Shown: positions 34,096-48,800 of the stretch, piece after piece
Numbering within the stretch: position 1 is the first letter of the stretch
Layout of the letters: the number at the start of each line of letters is the position of its first letter
NCBI RefSeq assembly: GCF_009914755.1
Contig: NC_060947.1
Direction: 5' to 3' (one strand)
Origin: the human T2T-CHM13v2.0 reference genome, Homo sapiens
Length of the DNA stretch: 64,000 bases
Notes under the pieces: model-generated
Seen by the model: only the letters and a program-made list of their open reading frames with translations
Told to the model about the DNA's origin: nothing
Database searches by the model: none
Made by a program: the position numbers and the translations under genes

Positions 34096-34764
34096 ATGGA
34101 TTTTATTCATCAACGGTCTGCCTGGTCCTCACTACCAACATTATCCCGGAGCACTGAGTGGTTGCTGAGGAAATAGCTGTGGGTCGGGGCCAAGATCGCA
34201 ATCCCTGCTTTGCTCCACGGCAGCGTTATGATCACGACTGTCCTGCCATTGAGTGATCAGATATCACCGAGGAACCAGCCTGGTTAGAGGCTGCTCACTT
34301 CCGTTCCAGACAACAGTGTGCAGCCCTGCCTCCAGGCAAAGGAGAAGAAAGGAAAACCATCCAACAAATTAATTCTTTGGTCCTCAGCAATTATACCAGC
34401 CAGGACTCGTGAATTATTTAAAACTAGAAATTAATTATTCAATGAGAGTTCACCAGAAGCATTTCTGGCCATACAGAGGAAAGCAGGCCAAGCTATTGCC
34501 GTGGAATTCAGATGCAATAAAGCAAGTATCTGAGCTTCCTAATGCTGGTCAGGCCTGGGAATGAGCCTGGAGAGTGGGGCACACTCAACCACTGTGTGTT
34601 TCCAGAGAGAAGGGGGGTGAATAGAAAAGATAGAAAATTCATCAACTATGTGAATGTAAATGCCCCTTGCTGTTTGCAGACCAAGACTCTGAGTGATCAA
34701 GTCTTCATTGTACGTTAGGCTTTTGGTTTTCCTCTGTAATAATGGAGGCTTTGAGAAAATGCGA

Positions 34765-35526
<762 letters not shown>

Positions 35527-35569
35527 TGATGATTTCCTTAGGCATCAATGTTTTTCTACCAAATTTTTA

Positions 35570-36560
<991 letters not shown>

Positions 36561-37184
36561 CAGTGCTGTTTTCCAGGTTTCCAGAGAAGATGCAACTAAC
36601 TTTTAACAGTTTTATTTTTATCCCCCTATTTGAGTTCCAAAGAAAACTATATTTGCATATCTACTATTTGGGATTCTGATGAGATCTATCAGTAGCCTCA
36701 AAAATCTTGGAACACCTTGGCTTAAGTGATTGAACATTAAACAATTCACTTATTCTACACAGAAATCCTGAATTAGAAATAATAGGTGACTGGTGGAAGA
36801 AAATGAGAGAGAAAGAGCGAGAGAGAGAGAGAACTTCTAAGAGGTATTTGTCAAGAGTCAAAGTCCAGAAAACAATGTGAGCTTTCATTTGGCAGAGCTC
36901 TGGTGAGCAAGAATTTCCCAAGCAGGCGTGGATAAGGTGGGACTGGATGCCTTTATTTATGGGATTTCTTTGCAGAGCCTGCTGGAACTCAGAATCACTA
37001 ATGAGAATCAACATTTGTATAGACAGCAGTGTTTCCTGTCCAATCTCTTTATGTTGGCCTCAGATCTGAGACTTGTGGCTTGGGCTGCGGCATCTGTTAA
37101 GACTGGCCAAAGAGCGTGGCTCCCTCCCTCCCAGCTCCTCTCTCTCATGACCCTTAGTCACATTTGTTTGGGTTGTTTTTCTTT

Positions 37185-37515
<331 letters not shown>

Positions 37516-37634
37516 TGACATCAACTCTTCCTTCATGATGAGTAGGGGAAAAAAACGCAGGTATGCCCTCAAGGTTAATTTTGCACTACGTTTTCATTCA
37601 TTGCTGGTTTTCATTGCCTGCAGTAGAAATTTAG

Positions 37635-37993
<359 letters not shown>

Positions 37994-38313
37994 AAAGTGT
38001 GCTTTTAATGACTTGCTTCTTGCTAGCAAGAAATATTGTGTCCCATGCTCCTGGAGGCAGGAGGGAGATTAACCTGGTCTATGTAATTGCTGTGTGCATC
38101 TCCCCAGCAAGAAGTCTGGCGAGGAGCAGGACAGGGCACGGCAGAAACAACACTCACCACATTCTCCATTTCCCCACCCGAATGGGCAGAAACATATCGA
38201 GGGCCCTGTTTTCAGTGCTCAACAGGCACAATTTCAGTTTTTCTCTCAAATGCAGAAAACAAGAACTCTGTTTTGATTATGCTGTAGCCCCATGTACAAG
38301 AAAGTCACTGTTA

Positions 38314-39038
<725 letters not shown>

Positions 39039-39212
39039 TCACAGATCTTTGTTACTCTGCCATTCGCCTTATAAGTGTGGTGAAATGGCTATGAGCACAG
39101 AACGGAGGGATAAAACTAGCTGGGTCCAAAGACATCTCTACCACATACTAGCTACTTAGGCTCTTGCACTATAACTTCCTAACAGCAAATCAGGGATATA
39201 AATAGGACCTTC

Positions 39213-39624
39213 TGTACTGGGTTAAATTGGATCCCTTCCAAAAATATGTTATGTCCAAGTCCCAACCCCCAGTACCTGTGAATGTACCTTTATTTGCCAA
39301 CAAAGGTCTTTGCCAATGGAATGAAATGCAGGTGATGTACTGGATTAGAGTGGGCCCTCATCCTATGGCTGGTATCCTTATAAGAAGGAAATGTGGACAC
39401 AGAAACAGAGGAGCCAGACATACACACAGGGAGTGAAGACGGAGACAGAGATTTGAGCTATGCTGTCACAGGCCGAGGAATGCCCAGAAGCGTCAGAAGA
39501 TAGGAAGAGGCAAGGAAGCGTTCCGCACAGAGCGTGGCCCTTGATTTTGGACTTCTATCCTCCAGAATTGTGAGAAAATACGTTTTTGGTTTGTGGCTGT
39601 TACAGCAGTCACAGGAAATGAACA
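39213..39624 (+). mobile_element. MaLR LTR (MLT1A/B-like)
   Basis: tgtactgggttaaa...gcagtcacaggaaatgaaca. Confidence 0.75.
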
Positions 39625-40392
39625 CGCCGTCCTTGTGGGATTATTGCAAGGATGGAATTCGCTGCTATTATGTCTAGCTGAGCACACCCTGTTGCTGCCC
39701 CCAACTCCCATCTCCCCCCTCAACACTGCCCCCCAGGCCAGCAGGACCCTGACTGTACTCAGGGGCCCACTCCGTCTCATCATGGGTCAAAGGATGCCAA
39801 GCCAACCCCCAGTTCAAAGGTGAACCTTGAGTGGTCCCAGTCACTCATAACAGTCCCATTTCCTTTGCCTATGATTGACTTAAACGTGAGCCCATGACTC
39901 AGTTCTGACCTTGAAGCTGGGAAGGGATGTTCGCTGGGCGGGGGGCTTCTGAAAAAAGCCTCCTGTCTATTAAGAAGAAAACAGGAAAAAAAAAAAATAG
40001 TCCCTCTTCTGTCTCAGGATTTAACAATGTCTGGATGCAATACCCAGAACAGCTTTGGGAATCTGGCACCATGCGGGGAGCCCGCCCAGAAAGCAGAGCC
40101 AAGCCACAGAGAAGGGCAGATAGGAGAGATGGAAAGGGTCTGGACCCTTGATTGGCACCATTGGTGGTGCCTACACCCACCTTCCTCTAGGCTTCCAAGA
40201 GTAGAGCTGCCATATGTATCTAAACCACAGCACAGTGCTCTAGTTATAGAAAAGTGTCATTGTTTAAGCCAGTATGGATTGAGGTCCTGTCACTAACACT
40301 CAAAAGCATTCTAAGTGATACAAAAATCATTCACAAAAACGGAGCAATGATACAAAATGACACAGTACGTGGCCCAGAGTAAATGTCAGTCA

Positions 40393-41057
<665 letters not shown>

Positions 41058-41667
41058 TTAAGATAGTGCCCACCACATGGAGGCAAGCCAAAGACTGGGC
41101 AGATGGGGAGAGAGCCGTGGAGTAGAATCAAGATGTTCTTGTTGCACACAGTTTCTCTGTTTCCCTTTAATGAAATGTGGTTTCAAATGCCACTCCGTCT
41201 CAGCCATGTTATGTGTGCTGTGGGATATTAGCGAAAGGTCCACGCTTCCATTGTTGGCCAGAGTGTCTCTTAGGCGATGTGGATGGGGCAACAGTATCCA
41301 GTATCCAGTGAAAAATCCCCAAGGGGAAGGTAAATGCCAATGACACAAACCCGGGAAGGTATTTGGCAATATCTGACAACAGTTTAAAGCTTATACTCCT
41401 CTGATCCAACTATCCTTCTTTGAGAATCCTCCTACAGTAATACCTATGTGCAAAATAACACATATGTAGAGACATTCATTATGCCATTGTTTGAGTAACA
41501 AAAGTCAAGAAATAAAGGAAATGTCCACCAATAAGGGACTGGGTGAGCTGAGCAGGGCAATGCAGCAGCTACAGAGTGAAACTGCCTTATAAACACTGAT
41601 ACCAAACCCTCGCCAAACTTATTCTAATAGACAGAAAACAGTTATGTAATAAAAATGAAAGAGTGCT

Positions 41668-42320
<653 letters not shown>

Positions 42321-43781
42321 TATTAATTAATAATAATAATTAAAGGATTATGCATAACAATAAAATTCAGAAAGATTTTTGATAGAGGTGATATGATTAT
42401 TAGCAAAATCATTTAAATTCGGAAAAGCGTAGGACTGCAAACTTAAAATTTTAGTCATTGTTCTCCTGAGATGGGAAAAGGCTGTGATTCTTCATCTGAA
42501 GAGTCTTATCTTGGGTACTACTTGCCATCAATGACGAATTGTTTAAATTTGAGGAGGAGCGAACTGAATTACATTGGTCTATGCCAACTAAGGCAGGTTA
42601 GATTGAAAAGATTGTTGACAAAAGGAAAAATTAAAAAGGGAAGACAGAGTATTTGGTTCAGTGAAAAGGCTACAACAGCGAGGACGACACTTGGGAACCA
42701 GAGCAGCACCTCGTGAACTGTCAGGAATACATCCACGACTTCAACAGACACCACACGGAAAGGCAGAAAGAGAGCACATTGACCAGAACAAACAGGTCCT
42801 CTCCCAACAATGCTAGGAAACAAATCTCCAGATCCACAAACAGCAGCTTTTCTAAGTCCTCTCCTAAGGCACCAGTGATTGGGAGAGATCACGAATCCAA
42901 AAACAGCCAGCTGTTTGCTGCCAGCCAGCAGTTCAGGAAGAACACAGCTCCGTCTCTCTGCAGCCAGATGAAAATGGACCTAGTGAAGTCAGGTATCAAG
43001 ATCCTCATGCCTAAGAGCCCCATTAAGCAGGACGCAGTGAATGGCTTTCAGAGTGAGAGCTCCAAAAAACTGGACCCCACAGAGCAGGGTCAGGAGGAAT
43101 GGTAGTACCCAAAGTGGCAGCGGAAAAGCCAGACAAAGCTTTATTGGGCCCTGGTACTGAGCAGGCCAGGATGGGGAGCAAGCCTGGATACACCTGCTAG
43201 TGCCTCAGGTGCATGGCCCCGTAAGTGCAGCCATGGCCACAGGCCTACTCGTTAACAGGAAAGCTACATCTACATTCATGGATGCATTAACAGCCAGTGG
43301 GACAACCAACATACAGACATCTGTTACAGCAGTAACTGTCAGCAAAAGGAAATTTATTGACAACAGAAGAGAACAGCCTTTTAACAAACGATTGCATTTC
43401 AGTGTGAGGCAAACAGAAAGTGCCTAAGGATACAGAGTTATTGTGGCCGGGACAAAAGATGGCTTCACCCACATCTTATTCACTAGATCAACAGGGAATA
43501 ACTCAGTAAATACAGCTGTAATGAAAAAAGTCTACCAGCTCTGACAACCACTGCTGATTACAGCAAGCTTGTACTGCTCAGCGCCTTTAACAGTGTCTTC
43601 TGTTGTGGACTTGACTTTATTTATTTTATGCAGTGTTTGACAGATGACAGAAAAAGAGAAAGCATTAAAATGGGAGAACCTATCAGAAACGTAGTGAATA
43701 ATCTATGGCCATATCACTCTGAAAGTGACAGAAAAAAAGAAAGTGTTAAATAGGCAGAAGCTAACAGAAACTTCGTGAATA

Positions 43782-43868
43782 ATCCCTGGCCATACCACCC
43801 GAAATAGGCACGATTTCTTCGGATATCAGAAGCTAAGCAGTATCTGCCCTGTATAGTGCATGGACACA
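43782..43868 (+). pseudogene. RNA5S: Tailless, 3'-truncated 5S rRNA retropseudogene (nt 1-~87) inside the CDYL retrocopy
   Basis: Colinear with 5S (GGCCATACCACCC; AGCTAAGCAG falls exactly at nt 50 = 43831); 16-bp TSD agaaacttcgtgaata (43766-43781) / aggaactttgtgaata (43869-43884). Confidence 0.85.
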
Positions 43869-44033
43869 AGGAACTTTGTGAATACTATTACTCCGTTCAA
43901 AAAACCTGTTACTGAAGTAAAAGAAGTTATCTGAAACATCGTGAATAATCTATGACCATACGACCCTGAATATGATAGAAAAAGAGAAAGCATTAAAATG
44001 GCAGAAGAGAAGCTACCAGAAACGTCGTACATA

Positions 44034-44137
44034 ATCTACGGCCATAGCACAGTGAACGCTCCAATCTCATCTGGTCACTGAAGTACAGAGTACACGAGAT
44101 TGCGCCCAGGGTACGGCCTCTTCACTACGTGGATGGG
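44034..44137 (+). pseudogene. RNA5S: 5S rRNA fragment carrying an internal inverted duplication (first copy of the arrayed form)
   Basis: ATCTACGGCCATAGCAC..GAACGC..ATCTCATCTG..GAAG[tacagagtacacgagattgcgc]CCAGGGTACGGCCT..TGGATGGGAG. Confidence 0.8.
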
Positions 44138-44964
44138 AGGAACTTCGTGAAGGCTATCATTTCACTCAAACTGAATATTATTGAAGCAGTCACTATCCCA
44201 GCCATTCGACTAGGAGCATCCGTATTGCCCCTTTATGATATGGTTTAGGCTAATCAAAAGACTTGGTTTCCAACAACCTCTTCTACCTCTGAGCAGATTC
44301 CAGACAGCTGATTTACCATTACGTTTCCGAAATCATGGGACGACCAGCTGCAAGCGAGACGATGCTCAGTGGGTTGAAACTGATCACACAGAAGGCATTT
44401 GGCAACGGCCTTCTCTCCCAGCTGTTTGGGTCCTGGACCTTCACTCAGGAAATTGGTGGCTCAGATCAAGAAGCTTGTCTCATGTAATCGAATAGTGCTG
44501 GAGGAATCCAAAGCCTTGGTGTGCTGCAACATGAAGAGGGATCTGGAACAGGCCAACGAGAGAACATGTGAAGTACTGAAGAAAATCTGGGGTTCTGCCC
44601 AAGGGTTGGACTCCATGTGAAAGGACTTAGAAAGGAAGATGAATGAGTTTCGAGTGTCAGGCTGCACACTGACCACATCGGGTTCCAGCTGAGAAGAACA
44701 CCATTGCTTCCATCTGTCCTTATCCATTCTCACAGCCTGAAACAAGCTCACTGGTAGCTTATGCTTGCAAGCAGGACTGGGAACATTCACGCTATTTATT
44801 CGGGAGTACTGACTCCAGAAAGTACAGCAACCTTGGACTGCTCAGCGCCATTGGTAGGGTCTTCCGTGGTGCACTTGGCCTTATTTATTTTTTACGACAT
44901 TTGACAGAGGGCAGAGAGAGAGCAAGCATTAAAACGGCAGAAGCTACTGGAAACGTCGTGAGCA

Positions 44965-45070
44965 ATCTACAGTCATACCACCGTGAACGCTCCCAATCTT
45001 GTCTGGTCTCTGAAGTACAGAGTAGATGCGATTGGGCCCAGGTTCGGGCCTGTTTCATTGTTGGATAGAA
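44965..45070 (+). pseudogene. RNA5S: Representative arrayed 5S rRNA-derived segment (one per monomer, 20 copies from 44965 to ~63675)
   Basis: ATCTACAGTCATACCACCGTGAACGCTCCCAATCTTGTCTG..GAAG...CAGGTTCGGGCCTG..TTGGATAGAAG versus 5S GTCTACGGCCATACCACCCTGAACGCGCCCGATCTCGTCTG..GAAG..CAGGGTCGGGCCTG..TTGGATGGGAG. Confidence 0.85.
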
Positions 45071-45750
45071 GGAACTTCCTGAATGCTTTGTTCCCCTTAA
45101 GCTGCGTATTGTTGAAGCACTCAATGGCCCAGCCATTCGACTAGGAGCATCCGTATTGCCTCTTTGTGATATGGTTTAGGCTAATGAAAAGACTTGGTTT
45201 CCAACACCCTCTTCTACCTCTGGGCAGATTCCAGATAGCTGATCTACCATTACGTTTCCGAAATCATGGGACGACCAGCTGCAAGCGAGACGATGCTCAG
45301 TGGGTTGAAACTGATCACACAGGAGGCATTTGGCAACAGCCTTCTCTCCCAGCTGTTTGGATCCTGGACCTTCAATCAGGAAATTGGTGGCTCAGATCAA
45401 GAAGCTTGTCTCATGTAATCGAATAGTGCTGGAGGAATCCAAAGCCTTGGTGTGCTCCAACATGAAGAGGGATCTGGAACAGGCCAACGAGAGAACATGT
45501 GAAGTACTGAAGAAAATCTGGGGTTCTGCCCAAGGGTTGGACTCCATGTGAAAGGACTTAGAAAGGAAGATGAATGAGTTTCGAGTGTCAGGCTGCACAC
45601 TGACCACATCGGGATCCAGCTGAGAAGAACACCATTGCTTCCGGCTGTCCTTCTTCATTCTCACAGCCTGAAACAAGCTCACTGGTAGCTTATGCTTGCA
45701 AGCAGGACCGAGAACATTCACGCTATTTATTCGGGAGTACTCTGGATAAA

Positions 45751-45825
45751 TCGTCCCATTATTTCGGAAATGTAATGCTAGGTCAGGTATCTGGAATCTT
45801 CCTGGAGGTAGAAGAGGGTATTGGA
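45751..45825 (-). repeat. Inverted 75-nt copy of monomer sequence (first of 8, in long monomers only)
   Basis: Reverse complement of 45200-45274, 66/75 identical by hand alignment. Confidence 0.93.
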
Positions 45826-48800
45826 TGGAAGGAACTTCGTGAATGCGATCATTGAACTCCAGAAAGTACACCAACCTTGTACTGCTCAGGGCCTTAGGTA
45901 GGGTCTTCTGTGGCGCACTTGACCTTATTTATGTTTTACAACGTTTGACAGAGGACAGAAAGAGAGCAAGCATTAAAAGGGCAAAAGCTACCAGAAACAT
46001 CGTGAACAATCTACAGCCATACCACCGTGAACGCTCCCAATCTCATCTGGCCTCTGAAGTACAGAGTAGAGGAGATTGGGCCCAGGTAGGGGCCTGTTTC
46101 ATAGTTGGATGGAAGGAACTTTGTGAATGCTATCATTTAACTTAAGCTGTCTATTACTAAACCAGTCAGCCGCCCAGCCATTCGACTAGGAGCATCCGTA
46201 TTGCCTCTTTGTGATATGGTTTAGGCTAATGAAAAGACTTGGATTCCAACACCCTCTTCTACCTCTGAGCAGATCCCAGATAGCTGATCTACCATTACGT
46301 TTCCGAAATCATGGGACGACCAGCTGCAAGCGAGACGATGCTCAGTGGGTTGAAACTGATCACTCAGGAGGCATTTGGCAACGGCCTTCTCTCCCAGCTG
46401 TTTGGGTCCTGGACCTTCACTCAGGAAATTGGTGGCTCAGATCAAGAAGCTTGTCTCATTTAATCGAATAGTGCTGGAGGAATCCAAAGCCTTGGTGTGC
46501 TGCAACATGAAGAGGGATCTGGAACAGGCCAACGAGAGAACATGTGAAGTACTGAAGAAAATCTGGGGTTCTGCCCAAGGGTTGGACTCCATGTGAAAGG
46601 ACTTAGAAAGGAAGATGAATGAGTTTCGAGTGTCAGGCTGCACACTGACCACATCGGGTTCCGGCTGAGAAGAACACCATTGCTTCCATCTGTCCTTATC
46701 CATTCTCACAGCCTGAAACAAGCTCACTGGTAGCTTATGCTTGCAAGCAGGACTGGGAACATTCACGCTATTTATTCGGGAGTACTGACTCCAGAAAGTA
46801 CAGCAACCTTGGACTCCTCAGCGCCATTGGTACGGTCTTCCGTGGTGCACTTGGCCTTATTTATTTTTTACGACATTTGACAGAGGACAGAGAGAGAGCA
46901 AGCATTAAAACGGCAGAAGCTACTGGAAACGTCGTGAACAATCTACTGTCATACCACCGTGAACGCTCCAAATCTTGTCTGGTCTCTGAAGTACAGAGTA
47001 GATGCGATTGGGTCCAGATTCGGGCCTGTTGCATTGTTGGATAGAAGGAACTTCCTGAATGCTATTGTTCAGCTTAAGCTGCGTATTGTTGAAGCACTCA
47101 ATGGCCCAGCCATTCGACTAGGAGCATCCGTATTGCCTCTTTGTGATATGGTTTAGGCTAATGAAAAGACTTGGTTTCCAACACCCTCTTCTACCTCTGG
47201 GCAGATTCCAGATAGCTGATCTACCATTACGTTTCCGAAATCATGGGACGACCAGCTGCAAGTGAGACGATGCTCAGTGGGTTGAAACTGATCACACAGG
47301 AGGCATTTGGCAACGGCCTTCTCTCCCAGCTGTTTGGAACCTGGACCTTCACTCAGGAAATTGGTGGCTCAGATCAAGAAGCTTGTCTCATGTAATCGAA
47401 TATTGCTGGAGGAATCCAAAGCCTTGGTGTGCTGCAACATGAAGAGGGATCTGGAACAGGCCAACGAGAGAACATGTGAAGTACTGAAGAAAATCTGGGG
47501 TTCTGCCCAAGGGTTGCACTCCATGTGAAAGGACTTAGAAAGGAAGATGAACGAGTTTCGAGTGTCAGGCTGCACACTGACCACATGGGGTTCCGGCTGA
47601 GAAGAACACCATTGCTTCCACCTGTCCTTATCCATTCTCACAGCCTGAGACAAGCTCACTGGTAGCTTATGCTTCCAAGCAGGACTAGGAACATTCACGC
47701 TATTTATTTGGGAGTACTGACTCCAGAAAGTACAGGAAGCTTGGACTGCTCGGCGCCATTGGTAGGGTCTTCCGTGGTGCACTTGGCCTTATTTATTTTT
47801 TACGACATTTGACAGAGGGCAGAGAGAGAGCAAGCATTAAAACGGCAGAAGCTACTGGAAACGTCGTGAGCAATCTACAGTCATACCACCGTGAACGCTC
47901 CCAATCTTCTCTGGTCTCTGAAGTACAGAGTAGATGCAATTGGGCCCAGGTTCGGGCCTGTTGCATTGTTGGATAGAAGGAACTTCCTGAATGCTTTGTT
48001 CCGCTTAAGCTGCGTATTGTTGAAGCACTCAATGGCCCAGCCATTCGACTAGGAGCATCCGTATTGCCTCTTTGTGATATGGTTTAGGCTAATGAAAAGA
48101 TTTGGTTTCCAACACGCTCTTCTACCTGTGGGCAGATTCCACATAGCTGATCTACCATTACGTTTCCGAAATCATGGGACGACCAGCTGCAAGCGAGACG
48201 ATGCTCAGTGGGTTGAAACTGATCACACAGGAGGCATTTGGCAACAGCCTTCTCTCCCAGCTGTTTGGATCCTGGACCTTCAATCAGGAAATTGGTGGCT
48301 CAGATCAAGAAGCTTGTCTCATGTAATTGAATAGTGCTGGAGGAATCCAAAGCCTTGGTGTGCTGCAACATGAAGAGGGATCTGGAACAGGCCAACGAGA
48401 GAACATGTGAAGTACTGAAGAAAATCTGGGGTTCTGCCCAAGGGTTGGACTCCATGTGAAAGGACTTAGAAAGGAAGATGAATGAGTTTTGAGTGTCAGG
48501 CTGCACACTGACACATCGGGATCCAGCTGAGAAGAACACCATTGCTTCCGGCTGTCCTTCTTCATTCTCACAGCCTGAAACAAGCTCACTGGTAGCTTAT
48601 GCTTGCAAGCAGGACCGGGAACATTCACGCTATTTATTCGGGAGTACTCTGGATAAATCATTCCATTATTTCGGAAATGTAATGCTAGGTCAGGTATCTG
48701 GAATCTTCCTGGAGGTAGAAGAGGGTATTGGATGGAAGGAACTTCGTGAATGCGATCATTGAACTCCAGAAAGTACACCAACCTTGTACTGCTCAGGGCC

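Larger units (their letters stand above)
42602..44810 (+). pseudogene. CDYL: Processed pseudogene of CDYL (chromodomain Y-like): chromodomain, linker, crotonase-like domain and proximal 3'UTR
   Basis: Translates IEKIVDKRKN*KGKTEYLVQ*KGYNSEDDTWEPEQHLVNCQEYIHDFNR...KESTLTRTNRSSPNNARKQISRS...FSVRQTESA*...KLVLLSA..VFCCGLDFIYF...EESKALVCCNMK..LEQANER.CEVLKKIWGSAQG. The linker matches CDYL rather than Y-linked CDY1/2 (from memory). No introns; stops at 42632, 42662 and 43425, plus frameshifts. Confidence 0.93.

Noticed and set aside
42713-43427. 130-aa and 75-aa CDYL-like ORFs as a functional CDY/CDYL gene
   Set aside because: Two in-frame stops in the chromodomain, a frameshift near 43100, a stop at 43425 and GTG starts mark it as a pseudogene.
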